DNA from: Minisyncoccia bacterium
Lineage (GTDB): Bacteria > Patescibacteriota > Minisyncoccia > Phycocordibacterales > UBA5272
DNA: 64,000 bases
Direction: 5' to 3'
NCBI GenBank assembly: GCA_038326985.1
Contig: JBBQKQ010000002.1
Coordinates: 2,978 to 66,977, forward strand
The position numbers were made by a program, and so were the translations under genes. Below are positions 1 through 10,113 of the stretch, piece after piece. How positions within the stretch are numbered: position 1 is the first letter of the stretch; the number at the start of each line of letters is the position of its first letter. The notes beneath the pieces are model-generated. The model ran no database searches, was not told the origin of the DNA, and saw only the letters and a list, made by a program, of their open reading frames with translations.

Positions 1-563
1 CAATTATGAATATTTTAGGATTGCTAGACACACCAACTTCAGGTAAATATTTTTTAGAAGGTCAGGATATTTCCGAGATTAATGATGTTTCGCAGGCAAG
101 TATTCGCGCAGACAAAATAGGTTTTGTATTTCAATCTTTTAATTTACTCTCCCGAACCTCAGTTCTTAGAAATGTTTCTTTGCCACTTATTTATAGAAGT
201 GTCCAAATGAGTATTAAAGAAAGAGAAGAAAAAGCGAAATATGCACTCGCGAGTGCTGGTTTTCCTGAAGACAAATGGGACAATAATAGCAACCAACTTT
301 CTGGAGGGCAAATTCAACGTGTTGCTATCGCACGAGCGCTAGTAAATGACCCAAGTATTATTTTAGCTGATGAGCCGACTGGAAACTTAGACTCTAAAAC
401 TTCCGATATTGTATTAAAAACTTTCCAAGATTTAAATAAAAAAGAAGGCCGAACAATTATTCTTATTACCCACGAGCACGACGTGGCAAAATATGCAGAT
501 AGAATTATTTATTTAAAAGATGGCGAAGTGGTTTCTGAAAATTATAAAATTAATAATATATGA
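1..563 (+). CDS. ABC transporter ATP-binding protein, MacB/LolD-like (5' truncated by window edge)
   Basis: LSGGQIQRVAIARAL signature, Walker B IILADEPTGNLD, H-loop ITHE; Walker A lies upstream of the window. Confidence 0.9.
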   Translation, partial: IMNILGLLDTPTSGKYFLEGQDISEINDVSQASIRADKIGFVFQSFNLLSRTSVLRNVSLPLIYRSVQMSIKEREEKAKYALASAGFPEDKWDNNSNQLSGGQIQRVAIARALVNDPSIILADEPTGNLDSKTSDIVLKTFQDLNKKEGRTIILITHEHDVAKYADRIIYLKDGEVVSENYKINNI

Positions 564-1774
564 AAATAATTGATTTATACCACGAAACACGCACAAGTTT
601 ATTGTCTAATATGACAAGAACTGGGCTAACAATTTTAGGAATAGTTATTGGGATTGCATCTGTAATTGTCATGCTTGCTGTTGGGCAGGGTGCGCAAGAC
701 TCTATAAACTCTACCATAAATAGTTTGGGTTCAAATGTTATAACAATACGATCTGGTGGTGGAACAGGTCGCCCAGGAGAGGTAAACTCTGGTGCAGGAC
801 TACCATTAACTATTGACGATGCTTTAGCTATTAGAGATAAGGTTTTAATTGCAAAAGAAGTTTTACCAATTGTGCAAACTTCTCAACAAATAGTTTCTGG
901 TTCGGTAAATAGTAAATCAGCAGTTTTGGGAATTACCCCCAACTATGCAGACGTAAATAATATAAAAATTGACGAAGGTACTTTTATTACTGAAGCGCAG
1001 AATAGAAGTTTTTCAAAAGTAGTAGTTCTTGGTGCAACAGTAAAAGATAATTTATTTGGAACGGATAATGCAATAGGTAAACAAATAAAAATAAAAACTA
1101 ATTCATATATTGTAGTAGGAGTAGCTCTAGCAAAAGGTGGCGGTGGTTTTTCAAACCCTGACGAAAATATTTATATGCCTCTTACTACTGAAATGCAATA
1201 TTTAACAGGAGGAAATAATGTAGGAAATATTGTAGTTACTGCTGCTAAGTCTGAGGACTTAGCACAACTCCAAGAGGAGGTTACAACACTAATGCTAAAG
1301 CGTCATAAAATAGAAGACAAAACTCAGGCTGACTTTAGAATTATCAATCAAGCCGAGCTACTGTCTACTGCCTCGTCCATAACTTCTATTTTCACCATTT
1401 TACTTGGTAGTGTTGCAGGAATATCTCTTGTGGTAGGTGGGATTGGAATTATGAATATGATGCTAACTACGGTTCGTGAGCGCACAAAAGAAATTGGACT
1501 TCGAAAAGCAATAGGTGCACAAAAAAAAGATATTCAAAGTCAGTTTTTGGCCGAAGCAGTTGTAATAACAATGACTGGAGGCATAATTGGAATTATTTTA
1601 GGTTATTTACTTTCCGCCCTAATTACATATTCAGGATTAATTACAACTTCAGTTTCAACCTTTTCAGTTCTATTATCATTTACAGTATCAGCGGTTATAG
1701 GAATTGTTTTTGGATATTATCCGGCAAAAAAAGCTTCGGAACTCAATCCTATTGATGCCCTTAGATATGAATAA
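560..1774 (+). CDS. ABC transporter permease, MacB/FtsX family
   Basis: RTGLTILGIVIGIASVI N-terminal TM, GGIGIMNMML..VRERTKEIGLRKAIGA, YYPAKKAS.LNPIDALRYE. Confidence 0.92.
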   Translation: MKIIDLYHETRTSLLSNMTRTGLTILGIVIGIASVIVMLAVGQGAQDSINSTINSLGSNVITIRSGGGTGRPGEVNSGAGLPLTIDDALAIRDKVLIAKEVLPIVQTSQQIVSGSVNSKSAVLGITPNYADVNNIKIDEGTFITEAQNRSFSKVVVLGATVKDNLFGTDNAIGKQIKIKTNSYIVVGVALAKGGGGFSNPDENIYMPLTTEMQYLTGGNNVGNIVVTAAKSEDLAQLQEEVTTLMLKRHKIEDKTQADFRIINQAELLSTASSITSIFTILLGSVAGISLVVGGIGIMNMMLTTVRERTKEIGLRKAIGAQKKDIQSQFLAEAVVITMTGGIIGIILGYLLSALITYSGLITTSVSTFSVLLSFTVSAVIGIVFGYYPAKKASELNPIDALRYE

Positions 1775-1841
1775 TTAATCCATAAAAGTTGATTTTGTGG
1801 AAATTATATTGTATAATAATAAAAAATAAAATAATTTTTTT

Positions 1842-2413
1842 ATGAATAAGAAAGAATTATTTACTACTATAAGTAAAATAAAAAAACCAATGATTCTGGG
1901 AATTTCAGGTTTTGGAGGTTCTGGGAAATCTTCACTGGCAAAGGAGATTTGTTTAAAATTCTACATTCCTGTAATTAGTATTGACTCGTTTCAAACAAAA
2001 GGTTTATATGATTCTAAATACAAACTTTGGGAAATAATGGACTTTAAAAGATTAGAAAATTCTGTTTTAAAACCATTTTTAAATAAAGAAAAAATAATTC
2101 GTTACGAGAATTTTTATCCAAATTTAGAATGCATTACTGAAACTGTAATTTTAGAAAACAAAGGAAAAATAATAATCGAAGGTGTCGGATTGTTTCGCCC
2201 AGAACTTTTGAAATATTTTACCTATAAAATATGGGTTGATTGTGAAATGGAAACTGAAATACAAGAGGAAAAAAAAGGGATAACAAACATGGTAGAAAAT
2301 CTGTTGATAATTTGTGGGACACTATTTGGATGCAAAATGATTATGAATATTTTGATGTTTTTAAACCAAAAGAACAAGCGGATTTTGTATATGATAATAA
2401 TTTGGAGAAATAA
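1842..2413 (+). pseudogene. Uridine/nucleoside kinase-like P-loop protein, frameshifted near 2255-2276
   Basis: GISGFGGSGKS Walker A and IIIEGVGL in frame 0; the family-like C-terminus RGKKRD...LWDTIW...ADFVYDN continues in the -1 frame to TAA at 2411-2413. Confidence 0.65.
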
Positions 2414-2457
2414 AAACTTGGTGTATACTTGATATCAAATAAATTATAAATAAATAT

Positions 2458-3834
2458 ATGCAAACAAAATTTAAAGGTCTTGGTCAGCTTTGGGGAGTGA
2501 AAGTAGTTTTGTTGGCTATTGTTTTTTGTTCAGGAGTTTACTCTGGAAGATATGTTTTTCCTGTTCAGACAGTTTCTGCTCAAAATGCATCTACAAGTAT
2601 TTACTCAATGGGAACTGTAAACATCCAGCTTCCAAAAGAAATGCAGCTCTACCAAGACGTAAAGAAAATCTTAGATGATAAGTTTATAAAAGCAGGAGAT
2701 GTAACTGAGCAAAATAAAGCCTATGGTTCTATTCAAGGTTTGATAAATAGTTACGGTGACCCTTACACAGCATTTTTCCCACCCACTCAAGCCAAAGAGT
2801 TTAAGTCTGTAGTAGCAGGTTCGTTTTCAGGAGTTGGAATGGAGGTGGCTTTAAAAGAAGGTGTTATAACTGTAATATCTCCACTTAAAAAGTCTCCCGC
2901 AGAAAAAGCAGGTATCAAACCTGATGATAAAATCTTAAAAATAAATGGTACAAGTACTGAAGGTATGCAGACTGACGTAGCAGTTTCACTTATCCGTGGT
3001 GAAAAGGGAACTCCGGTAACTCTGTCAATTTTTAGAAAAAGTGATAACAAACCAAGAGAAATAACAATTATCCGTGACACTATTGATCTTCCAATTATTG
3101 AAACAGATAATACTAAAAAAGATGCCTTTGTTATTTCTGTTGCTTCATTTTCTGAGCATTCAGCTGAAAAATTCCAAATAGCACTTCAAGAATTTGCCAC
3201 TAGTAAAAAGAAAAATTTGATTATTGACCTTCGAAATAATCCAGGAGGATATTTAGAAGCTGCTGTACTTATTTCTTCTTTTTTCTTTCCATCGGATAAA
3301 TTAATAGTTAGTGAGGATTTTACAAGAACTGGAAATAAAAATGTTCACAATAGTAAAGGCTTTAATGCTATTCCGAGTGATGTTCATATTGTAATACTTG
3401 TTAACAAAGGTTCTGCTTCGGCTTCTGAGATAACAGCTGGTGCGTTTCAAGACTATGGTAGAGCACTAATAATGGGTGAGCAATCATTTGGTAAAGGTTC
3501 TGTACAAGAATACATTGAGCTTCCAAGTGGAGAGTCATTAAAAGTAACCGTTGCTCGCTGGCTTACACCATTAGGCCACACTATTTCTCAAGTCGGAATA
3601 ACTCCAGATATTGTTGTTGCTCAAAAAGAAATGAAAAAGAAAGGTGGACCCGACAGTGTTTTAGATGCTGCGCTAAACGTACTTAAAAACTGGGAGTCAT
3701 ATTCAAAGTATTCAGCACTAAATAAGTCACAGTATGACTTTGATAAAAAAGCTTTGGTCCCTAGTGCTACATCAACTACGTCATTGTTCAACGCGTCTAC
3801 CTCAAGTTCTTCGGTTCAGATACAAGTCAAGTAA
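2458..3834 (+). CDS. ctpA: S41 C-terminal processing protease with PDZ domain
   Basis: DPYTAFF, PDZ (GVGMEV...SPAEKAGIK), IIDLRNNPGG, SASASEI, FGKGSVQ, GITPD motifs. Confidence 0.92.
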   Translation: MQTKFKGLGQLWGVKVVLLAIVFCSGVYSGRYVFPVQTVSAQNASTSIYSMGTVNIQLPKEMQLYQDVKKILDDKFIKAGDVTEQNKAYGSIQGLINSYGDPYTAFFPPTQAKEFKSVVAGSFSGVGMEVALKEGVITVISPLKKSPAEKAGIKPDDKILKINGTSTEGMQTDVAVSLIRGEKGTPVTLSIFRKSDNKPREITIIRDTIDLPIIETDNTKKDAFVISVASFSEHSAEKFQIALQEFATSKKKNLIIDLRNNPGGYLEAAVLISSFFFPSDKLIVSEDFTRTGNKNVHNSKGFNAIPSDVHIVILVNKGSASASEITAGAFQDYGRALIMGEQSFGKGSVQEYIELPSGESLKVTVARWLTPLGHTISQVGITPDIVVAQKEMKKKGGPDSVLDAALNVLKNWESYSKYSALNKSQYDFDKKALVPSATSTTSLFNASTSSSSVQIQVK

Positions 3835-3840
3835 TTTATT

Positions 3841-3872
3841 AAAAAACAGCTATCAAAACTAGCTGTTTTTTT
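3841..3872. terminator. Intrinsic terminator hairpin after ctpA
   Basis: AAAAAACAGCTA-loop-TAGCTGTTTTTT inverted repeat with T tract. Confidence 0.7.
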
Positions 3873-3891
3873 ATGTTATAATAAACCATAT

Positions 3892-4326
3892 ATGAAAATA
3901 CTTTTCTTAAAAAATGTACCAAGAGTAGGTCAAGTTGGGGAGGTGAAAGAAGTTGCACAAGGACATGCGAATTTTATTTTAAAAAGTGGAGCAGGAATTG
4001 TTGCGACAGATTCTATCCTAAAGCAACACATAAAGAAAATCGAAGAAGCGTCTATGAAAGCTAAAGGTGAAGAAAGTATGGCTCATGAAATTGCCAAGCG
4101 TGTAGATGGCAAAATATTTAGAATTATGGGTGGTGCAAACAGTAAAGGTAGCCTTTATAAAGCTTTCAAAAAGCACGACGTGCAAGAAGCCATCACTAAA
4201 GAAATTATAGTTGCTGTACCTGAGAATTTTTTAGAAGATGTAAATTTAAAGCTTACAGGTAAACACAAATTAAACCTTGTTTACAAAGGAAAAATTTTAA
4301 CTACTTTTGAAATTGAAATAGTCTAA
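3892..4326 (+). CDS. rplI: 50S ribosomal protein L9
   Basis: MKILFLKNVPRVGQVGEVKEVAQGHANFIL N-terminal L9 motif, G.LY and K.TGKH C-terminal motifs, 144 aa. Confidence 0.88.
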   Translation: MKILFLKNVPRVGQVGEVKEVAQGHANFILKSGAGIVATDSILKQHIKKIEEASMKAKGEESMAHEIAKRVDGKIFRIMGGANSKGSLYKAFKKHDVQEAITKEIIVAVPENFLEDVNLKLTGKHKLNLVYKGKILTTFEIEIV

Positions 4327-5019
4327 ATTTAGTTTTTTAGTTGAAGTTGCAATTTGAGCTTTGATTTCTTTAGGTAAAAGCTTGTCAATATCAACTTTTG
4401 TGGCAAGTCCAACGTGGACTTTTTTATCAATGACAATTGCTGGTAGCTGGTCAGGTTTTATTCCATAAATATTTCCGAAAGTTTTTATAATAGGTAAATC
4501 CAGGTTATAGTCTATAGAATAAACACGGAGTTTCTCATAGTCGTTACGTAAAGAAGTAAGTGCTTCCCCAGTCCCTACACATTTTGGACACACATCGGCA
4601 TTACCATAAAAGTAAATTATAAAGGTTGGTTTTTTACCGCAGTTTTCAGCTACTTTTTTTGAAAGTAGGTAGTCTTTTATTAAAAGTATGGTATATCTTT
4701 TTTTTGCGATCAATATTCTCTGATCCTCTTGGTTGGTGTTTTCTAAGATACTAAGTTTTTCTGCCAAGTCACCAATTTCTTTAGTAAGAGTAGTTTGGTT
4801 CTGAGTATCAAGATTATCACACGAAGCCTCCCTAACGATATCATTTTCAGTTTCAGATGCTAAGATTGATAGTGAGATATTATCCTCAACACTTTGAATA
4901 TTCTCTAATTTTTTTGAAGTTAAAAAGCTGGATGCTAAAAAACCTGTTATGAAGATCATTCCCGTAATAACAAGTGCAACTATATATCTTCGATAATTAA
5001 AATTAGTATTATTTGGCAT
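4297..5019 (-). CDS. Membrane-anchored protein with C-terminal thioredoxin-like CxxC domain
   Basis: N-terminal TM, IIYFYG..VCPKC, LRVYSID, LPAIVID; 3' end overlaps rplI by 30 bp. Confidence 0.65.
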   Translation of the reverse strand: MPNNTNFNYRRYIVALVITGMIFITGFLASSFLTSKKLENIQSVEDNISLSILASETENDIVREASCDNLDTQNQTTLTKEIGDLAEKLSILENTNQEDQRILIAKKRYTILLIKDYLLSKKVAENCGKKPTFIIYFYGNADVCPKCVGTGEALTSLRNDYEKLRVYSIDYNLDLPIIKTFGNIYGIKPDQLPAIVIDKKVHVGLATKVDIDKLLPKEIKAQIATSTKKLNLDYFNFKSS

Positions 5020-5055
5020 ATTTGTATTTTTGTAATTATATCATAAAATTAAAGA

Positions 5056-5086
5056 CCCCTCTTAACCTCCCCTTGGTAAGGGGAGG
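5056..5086 (+). repeat. Triplex-motif dispersed repeat, intergenic copy
   Basis: CCCCTCT-TAA-CCTCCCC-TTGGTAA-GGGGAGG. Confidence 0.9.
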
Positions 5087-5094
5087 GAAAATTC

Positions 5095-6357
5095 CTATCT
5101 CCACTCTCCAGCACGTTTTGTGAGAGTATTATAAAGTGCTCGAGCAAACCACCAAGGAACAATAAACTCCCATAAGAACATATAATAAAGTATGTAATGT
5201 AGTTTGCGGTTTTCTTTAAGTGAAAGATGATGTCCCATAAGCATAAAAATTATTCCAGAGACCAGAACTGGAACTACAAGAAAATATAGAAAATCTGTTC
5301 GAAAATATATTTTCATAAACATATCTATTAAGTCATAATGGTGAAAAATCATATCTAGTTTTAAAACCTGCCAAGTTTGGTAAAGGTGAATTATCTTTTT
5401 AACAAAAGTGTAGATAGTAAACAAGGCGATATATAAAACCATAACAACTCCCACCCATCCCAGAGGAATTGTAAGCATTGCAACATTGCCATATTTTGGA
5501 CGAAGTATCATATCTTTGTAATCTAAAGAGTTTTGCATGAATCCTTGGGTCCAACGAAGTCTTTGTTTATAAAGCTTGTAAAAAGTATCGGGTGTAGAAG
5601 TTTCAACATAGGCATCGGTAGCAGATACAATTTTCATAAAATTTTTTTGCATACGAAAAGTTATTTCCATGTCTTCGGTATTGTGCGCCGGTTTATAACC
5701 GCCAATTTTTTCAAACACTACACGTCTAAAAAGTGAAAATGGACCAGGTGTAACATGTATTCCATTTATCGCAGAAAATATTCTTTTTAATAGTAGTCCA
5801 AAATTGTACTCTACACTTTGTATTGCTTGAAGGATATTTTCTGGTTTACGTACCACCATCATTGGAGTAACTGCCATCACCTCTTTATTTTCTTCGAATG
5901 GTATGAGCATATTTTTTAAAGCGTCAGGAAAAACAAAAGAGTCAGCATCTAGACATCCAAATATTTCACAGTCAGGGTTTTTCTCAAGCACAAAATTTAA
6001 AACTGTGTGTTTCCCACCATTTTCTTTTTGAAGAACAATAAGTTGGTCAAACTTGTCATATTTTTCCTTGCAGTTTTTAAGAATTTCAAAAGTATTGTCT
6101 TTAGACCCATCGTCAACTGCCCAGATTTTAAATTTGTATTTTGGATAATTTATTGCCAAAAGCGAAAGAATAGTTTTTTCTACCGTCTTACTTTCATTCC
6201 AGCAGGGTACTGCAATTACAACTTCTGGATAGTAGGTTAAGTTTTTTTCTTTTGTTGAAGCAAAAATAGTGTCCCATTCTTCAAAAAGTACAATCAACAA
6301 ATACACTTGTACGTAAAGGGCAATAAAGGTAAATAAATAAATTGGGTAAACCTCCAT
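5095..6357 (-). CDS. Processive GT2 glycosyltransferase (PgaC/IcaA/cellulose-synthase-like)
   Basis: VDDGS, DAD, TED and QRLRW motifs, flanking TMs; start 6357 chosen because TATAAT lies just upstream. Confidence 0.88.
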   Translation of the reverse strand: MEVYPIYLFTFIALYVQVYLLIVLFEEWDTIFASTKEKNLTYYPEVVIAVPCWNESKTVEKTILSLLAINYPKYKFKIWAVDDGSKDNTFEILKNCKEKYDKFDQLIVLQKENGGKHTVLNFVLEKNPDCEIFGCLDADSFVFPDALKNMLIPFEENKEVMAVTPMMVVRKPENILQAIQSVEYNFGLLLKRIFSAINGIHVTPGPFSLFRRVVFEKIGGYKPAHNTEDMEITFRMQKNFMKIVSATDAYVETSTPDTFYKLYKQRLRWTQGFMQNSLDYKDMILRPKYGNVAMLTIPLGWVGVVMVLYIALFTIYTFVKKIIHLYQTWQVLKLDMIFHHYDLIDMFMKIYFRTDFLYFLVVPVLVSGIIFMLMGHHLSLKENRKLHYILYYMFLWEFIVPWWFARALYNTLTKRAGEWR

Positions 6358-6436
6358 AAATTTGTCTGTATTATACAACAAAAGTTGATATTTTTCTAGA
6401 TTAAAAATGAGTAGATATTGTGTTATTATATCTAAT

Positions 6437-7195
6437 ATGCAAGAAAAAAAAGTCGGTCATTTACACCCAATGTCTTTGATAATAAACTGTGTAACCGAAA
6501 TATTTCAAAAAATTGGTTTTCGAGTAGTAGATGGACCAGAGCTCGAGACAGAGTGGTATAACTTTGATGCCCTAAACGTTTCAAAAGACCACCCAGCTCG
6601 AGACATGCAGGACACTTTTTGGATAGAAACTAAAGATGGAAGTAGAAAAGTTTTAAGAACACAAACTTCTAACATGCAAATAAGAAGTATGGAAGAATGG
6701 GTAAAAACAGATATGTCCGAACCCCTTGCTATTATTGCTCCAGGAAAAGTTTATAGAAATGAGGCGACGGACGCTACGCACGAAGCAAACTTTTACCAAT
6801 TAGAGGGTTTATTTGTAGATAAAAAAGAGCATGTTTCTGTGGGGAATTTGAAATGGGTTATAGAGAAAATGCTTACCGATTTATTTAATAGACCAATAAG
6901 TATTCGTTTTCGCTCATCATACTTTCCATTCGTTGAGCCCGCACTTGAGGTGGACATGTCTTGTTTTCGTTGTGATGGTGCAGGGTGTAGTACGTGTAAA
7001 CAAAGTGGTTATATTGAGCTTGGAGGAAGTGGAATGGTACATCCAAATACTTTGAACATGTGTGGTATAGATAGTTTAAAATACTCAGGCTTCGCATTTG
7101 GTTTTGGTATTGATAGAATAATAATGATGCTTTACGGGGTGGAAGATATTCGACTTCTTTATAATGGTGACATGAGGTTCACGAGTCAATTTTAA
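6437..7195 (+). CDS. pheS: Phenylalanine--tRNA ligase alpha subunit (short form)
   Basis: GHLHP, NFDALN...HPARDMQDTF, LRTQTS, YFPFVEP, GFAFGFGIDR; start at 6437, 7 nt after TGtTATTAT. Confidence 0.95.
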   Translation: MQEKKVGHLHPMSLIINCVTEIFQKIGFRVVDGPELETEWYNFDALNVSKDHPARDMQDTFWIETKDGSRKVLRTQTSNMQIRSMEEWVKTDMSEPLAIIAPGKVYRNEATDATHEANFYQLEGLFVDKKEHVSVGNLKWVIEKMLTDLFNRPISIRFRSSYFPFVEPALEVDMSCFRCDGAGCSTCKQSGYIELGGSGMVHPNTLNMCGIDSLKYSGFAFGFGIDRIIMMLYGVEDIRLLYNGDMRFTSQF

Positions 7196-7207
7196 ATAAA
7201 TAACAAC

Positions 7208-9163
7208 ATGAAAAGATATAGTAAAAAGTGGATGCAAACGTTTGTCGAAGGAAAATTTCCTGAAGACGACAAAATAATAATCGAAGAACTTTCTAAAAAA
7301 AGTTTTGAAGTTGAAAGTGTTGAAATGAGTGCGGATGGCGATAGTCTATTTGAAATAAAAGTTTTACCAAATAGAGTATCCGATGCGATGAGTTTAAGAG
7401 GAATGGCTAGAGAGTTTTCTGCGGTGTTTGATTTGAAATGGAATGATAAAAATATCCCAGATATAAATTTAGAAGATTTTAAATTAAATAATGAATTTTA
7501 CTCACCTCTTTTTTCTCCTCTTTCCCGACGTGAAGAAATGCCAATTTATATATTTTCCGGTGTAAAAGTAAATAATTTTGATAACTCTAAAGAAACACCT
7601 GAGTGGTTAAAAGATATAATACTAAAATGCGGTGGAAGGTCAATAAATTTATTGGTAGATATTACAAATCTGATGCTATTTTCTTTTGGCCAACCTGCAC
7701 ACGTTTTCGACTTTGAGAAACTAAACGGTAAAATAGTTACAAGGTTTGCAAATAATGAAGAAGAGATAGAACTTTTAGGAGGAAAAATCGGCGACAAAAA
7801 AATAACTTTGACAACTGATGACTTTGTAATTGCTGATGAAAAACAAGCATTGTCGCTAGCGGGTATAAAAGGTGGGAAAGCAGCTGAGGTAGATAAAAAT
7901 ACTAAAAATGCTTTTTTTGAACTAGCAAACTTTAATGGAACTATGATTCGTAAAACTACTCAAAGGTTAGGAATTCGAACAGACGCATCTAAAATTTTTG
8001 AAAATGGAATAACAATATATAAAACTGAAAATGTTTTAAAAATACTTTTATCAACTATAAAAGAAATGGATAAAAATGCAGAAGTAGAGTTTATTGTAAA
8101 TCAAAAATTTGAAAATAAATCTCCAAAATGGGTAGAAACAACTCTGGCTCATATAGAAAATTATGCTGGAATTCCTTTGGGAGCAGAAAAAGTTGTTGAG
8201 CTGCTAAAAAAGCAAAACTTCGAAGTAGATACGGATGAGTCAGGTGCAAATTTTAAAGTTAAGGGTACGGATGAGCGCTTGGACATAAATATCGCAGAAG
8301 ACATAGCTGAAGAAGTTTTGAGACTTTATGGCTTTGACAATATTGGAAGTAAGGCATTAAATCTTCCAATAACAACTTCACACAACAAACGTTTTTTGCT
8401 TGAAAACTTCTTAAAAATAAAATTAATGGATTTAGGTTATACCGAAATTTTTAACTATACTTTTGTTGATAGTGGCGAAGTAAAGTTGAAGGCGGGACTA
8501 GCAGAAGATAAAATGTTTTTAAGAGACAACTTATTTTCAGGTGCACAAAAAGCTTTAGTAAAAAATTATAACTATTTACCTATACTTGAAATTGAAGTTG
8601 TAAAATTTTTCGAAATGGGATCAGTTTTCTTTGAGGGTAGAGAAGAAAAATATTTGGTTATAGTACAAGAAGATAATAAAAAGAAAACTAAATACTTAGA
8701 AAACATAAAAGAAGACTTAAAAAGCATCTTGCTAGAGTTGGGGGTGGAATTTAAAGTTGTAAAAGAGTCTGAAAATCCTGCAATTTTAGAAATTTCTTTA
8801 GATGAGATTTTAAAAGAATTAAATAATAAAAATACTCAAGTTCCATATTTGAAAATTGAAAAAGATTTGCAATTAATAAAATATTTCCCAATCTCTATCT
8901 ATCCTTTTATTGTTCGTGATGTTGCAATTTGGGTAGATAGTAATTTTGGATTTGAAAATTTAAAACAAGATATACCAAAATTAAATTTACAAAATTTTGT
9001 AAAAGTTTATATGTTTGATAGTTTTGAAAAAGAAGGGAGAAAGTCCGTAGCTTTTAGAATCATTTTTCAATCGCCTGAAAGGACCTTGACGGACACAGAA
9101 GTAGAAACAGAAATGCAAAAAATTAATAACTATTTAAAGAAAAATAATTTTGAGATAAGATAA
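7208..9163 (+). CDS. pheT: Phenylalanine--tRNA ligase beta subunit (short form)
   Basis: PNR.DAMS.RGMARE, SINLLVDITN, GQPAHVFD, RLDI..AEDIAEEV, C-terminal RDVA...SVAFRIIFQS.ERTLTD. Confidence 0.93.
   Translation: MKRYSKKWMQTFVEGKFPEDDKIIIEELSKKSFEVESVEMSADGDSLFEIKVLPNRVSDAMSLRGMAREFSAVFDLKWNDKNIPDINLEDFKLNNEFYSPLFSPLSRREEMPIYIFSGVKVNNFDNSKETPEWLKDIILKCGGRSINLLVDITNLMLFSFGQPAHVFDFEKLNGKIVTRFANNEEEIELLGGKIGDKKITLTTDDFVIADEKQALSLAGIKGGKAAEVDKNTKNAFFELANFNGTMIRKTTQRLGIRTDASKIFENGITIYKTENVLKILLSTIKEMDKNAEVEFIVNQKFENKSPKWVETTLAHIENYAGIPLGAEKVVELLKKQNFEVDTDESGANFKVKGTDERLDINIAEDIAEEVLRLYGFDNIGSKALNLPITTSHNKRFLLENFLKIKLMDLGYTEIFNYTFVDSGEVKLKAGLAEDKMFLRDNLFSGAQKALVKNYNYLPILEIEVVKFFEMGSVFFEGREEKYLVIVQEDNKKKTKYLENIKEDLKSILLELGVEFKVVKESENPAILEISLDEILKELNNKNTQVPYLKIEKDLQLIKYFPISIYPFIVRDVAIWVDSNFGFENLKQDIPKLNLQNFVKVYMFDSFEKEGRKSVAFRIIFQSPERTLTDTEVETEMQKINNYLKKNNFEIR
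7502..7537 (+). repeat. Possible degenerate in-frame copy of the triplex-motif repeat in pheT
   Basis: Encodes SPLFSPLSRREE, resembling SPLTPLLQRGEE of the mnmA copy; pyrimidine tract remains but the G arm is eroded. Confidence 0.4.
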
Positions 9164-9169
9164 TGATTT

Positions 9170-10090
9170 ATGATAGAAAAAATTTTGACACCTAAAAAGC
9201 CAGAAGAAATTTTTAAAAATATTGAGTATAGAACCCCGTTTCCTTCAAATCCCGAAATGCAAACTTTTATTCTTGGTAAACATGAAAATATACCACCAGA
9301 ATTTGGCTGGAGTTTAAGAGGGGTAAAGACTGTTGAAGATTTGTATAAACCAGAAAGAATTCACGTATTAAATTTTTTAGTGGATTTTGCCAAAAAAACA
9401 AAAATAAGAAATTTCTTTTCACCAGTCTCTGACCCACAAAATGGTTACATTTCAGAAAATAGGGATTTTGAAAATAAAATTGAAATTGGCAAAGATGATA
9501 ATGACGAATCCATTTTTTTACATAGAAGTCAAAAAAATCTTGAAGGTTGTGAAATTATAAAAGGAGAAATGTTTATTACTACTACAGCAGACTGTTTAAC
9601 ACTTATAATAAAAACAAAAAAAGAACCAGTAAGAGTTTTTGCTATGCATGCTGGGAGAGAAACAATTTTTGATATTAATAATCCAAAAAGACCAACACTG
9701 ATGGAAAATGTAATTTCAATGGCAAAAAGAATAGGCTATGATCCAACGGATTTGGAAATTTATAGTTCTTTTGGAGTTGCTCCCACAGAAAATTTTCTTC
9801 ATGATGAAGAAAGTGGTACTCATGCAAAAATAAATAAATCTCGACGTGAATTTATTGAAAAAAAAGGATGGAACGATGTTTATTCAAATGGGTATCTAAA
9901 TCTTTACAAAATGATTGAGAATGGGTTTAAAGATAAGGGTGTTCCTAGTTCAAATATTACATCAGATATGAGTTTAGATACACTAACTGCTAAAGATGAA
10001 TCTGGTGAAAGTAGATTTTTTAGTAATAGGCGAGATTCAGGTGAATTGGCTGGAAAAGGTAGAAATCTCTCTGCTTTTGTGTGGTTATAG
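9170..10090 (+). CDS. YfiH/PgeF (laccase-domain) family protein
   Basis: TADCL, MHAGR, FFSNRR, GRN motifs; adjacent to mur genes. Confidence 0.7.
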   Translation: MIEKILTPKKPEEIFKNIEYRTPFPSNPEMQTFILGKHENIPPEFGWSLRGVKTVEDLYKPERIHVLNFLVDFAKKTKIRNFFSPVSDPQNGYISENRDFENKIEIGKDDNDESIFLHRSQKNLEGCEIIKGEMFITTTADCLTLIIKTKKEPVRVFAMHAGRETIFDINNPKRPTLMENVISMAKRIGYDPTDLEIYSSFGVAPTENFLHDEESGTHAKINKSRREFIEKKGWNDVYSNGYLNLYKMIENGFKDKGVPSSNITSDMSLDTLTAKDESGESRFFSNRRDSGELAGKGRNLSAFVWL

Positions 10091-10113
10091 ATAATTCTGG
10101 TATAATGTGTTCC

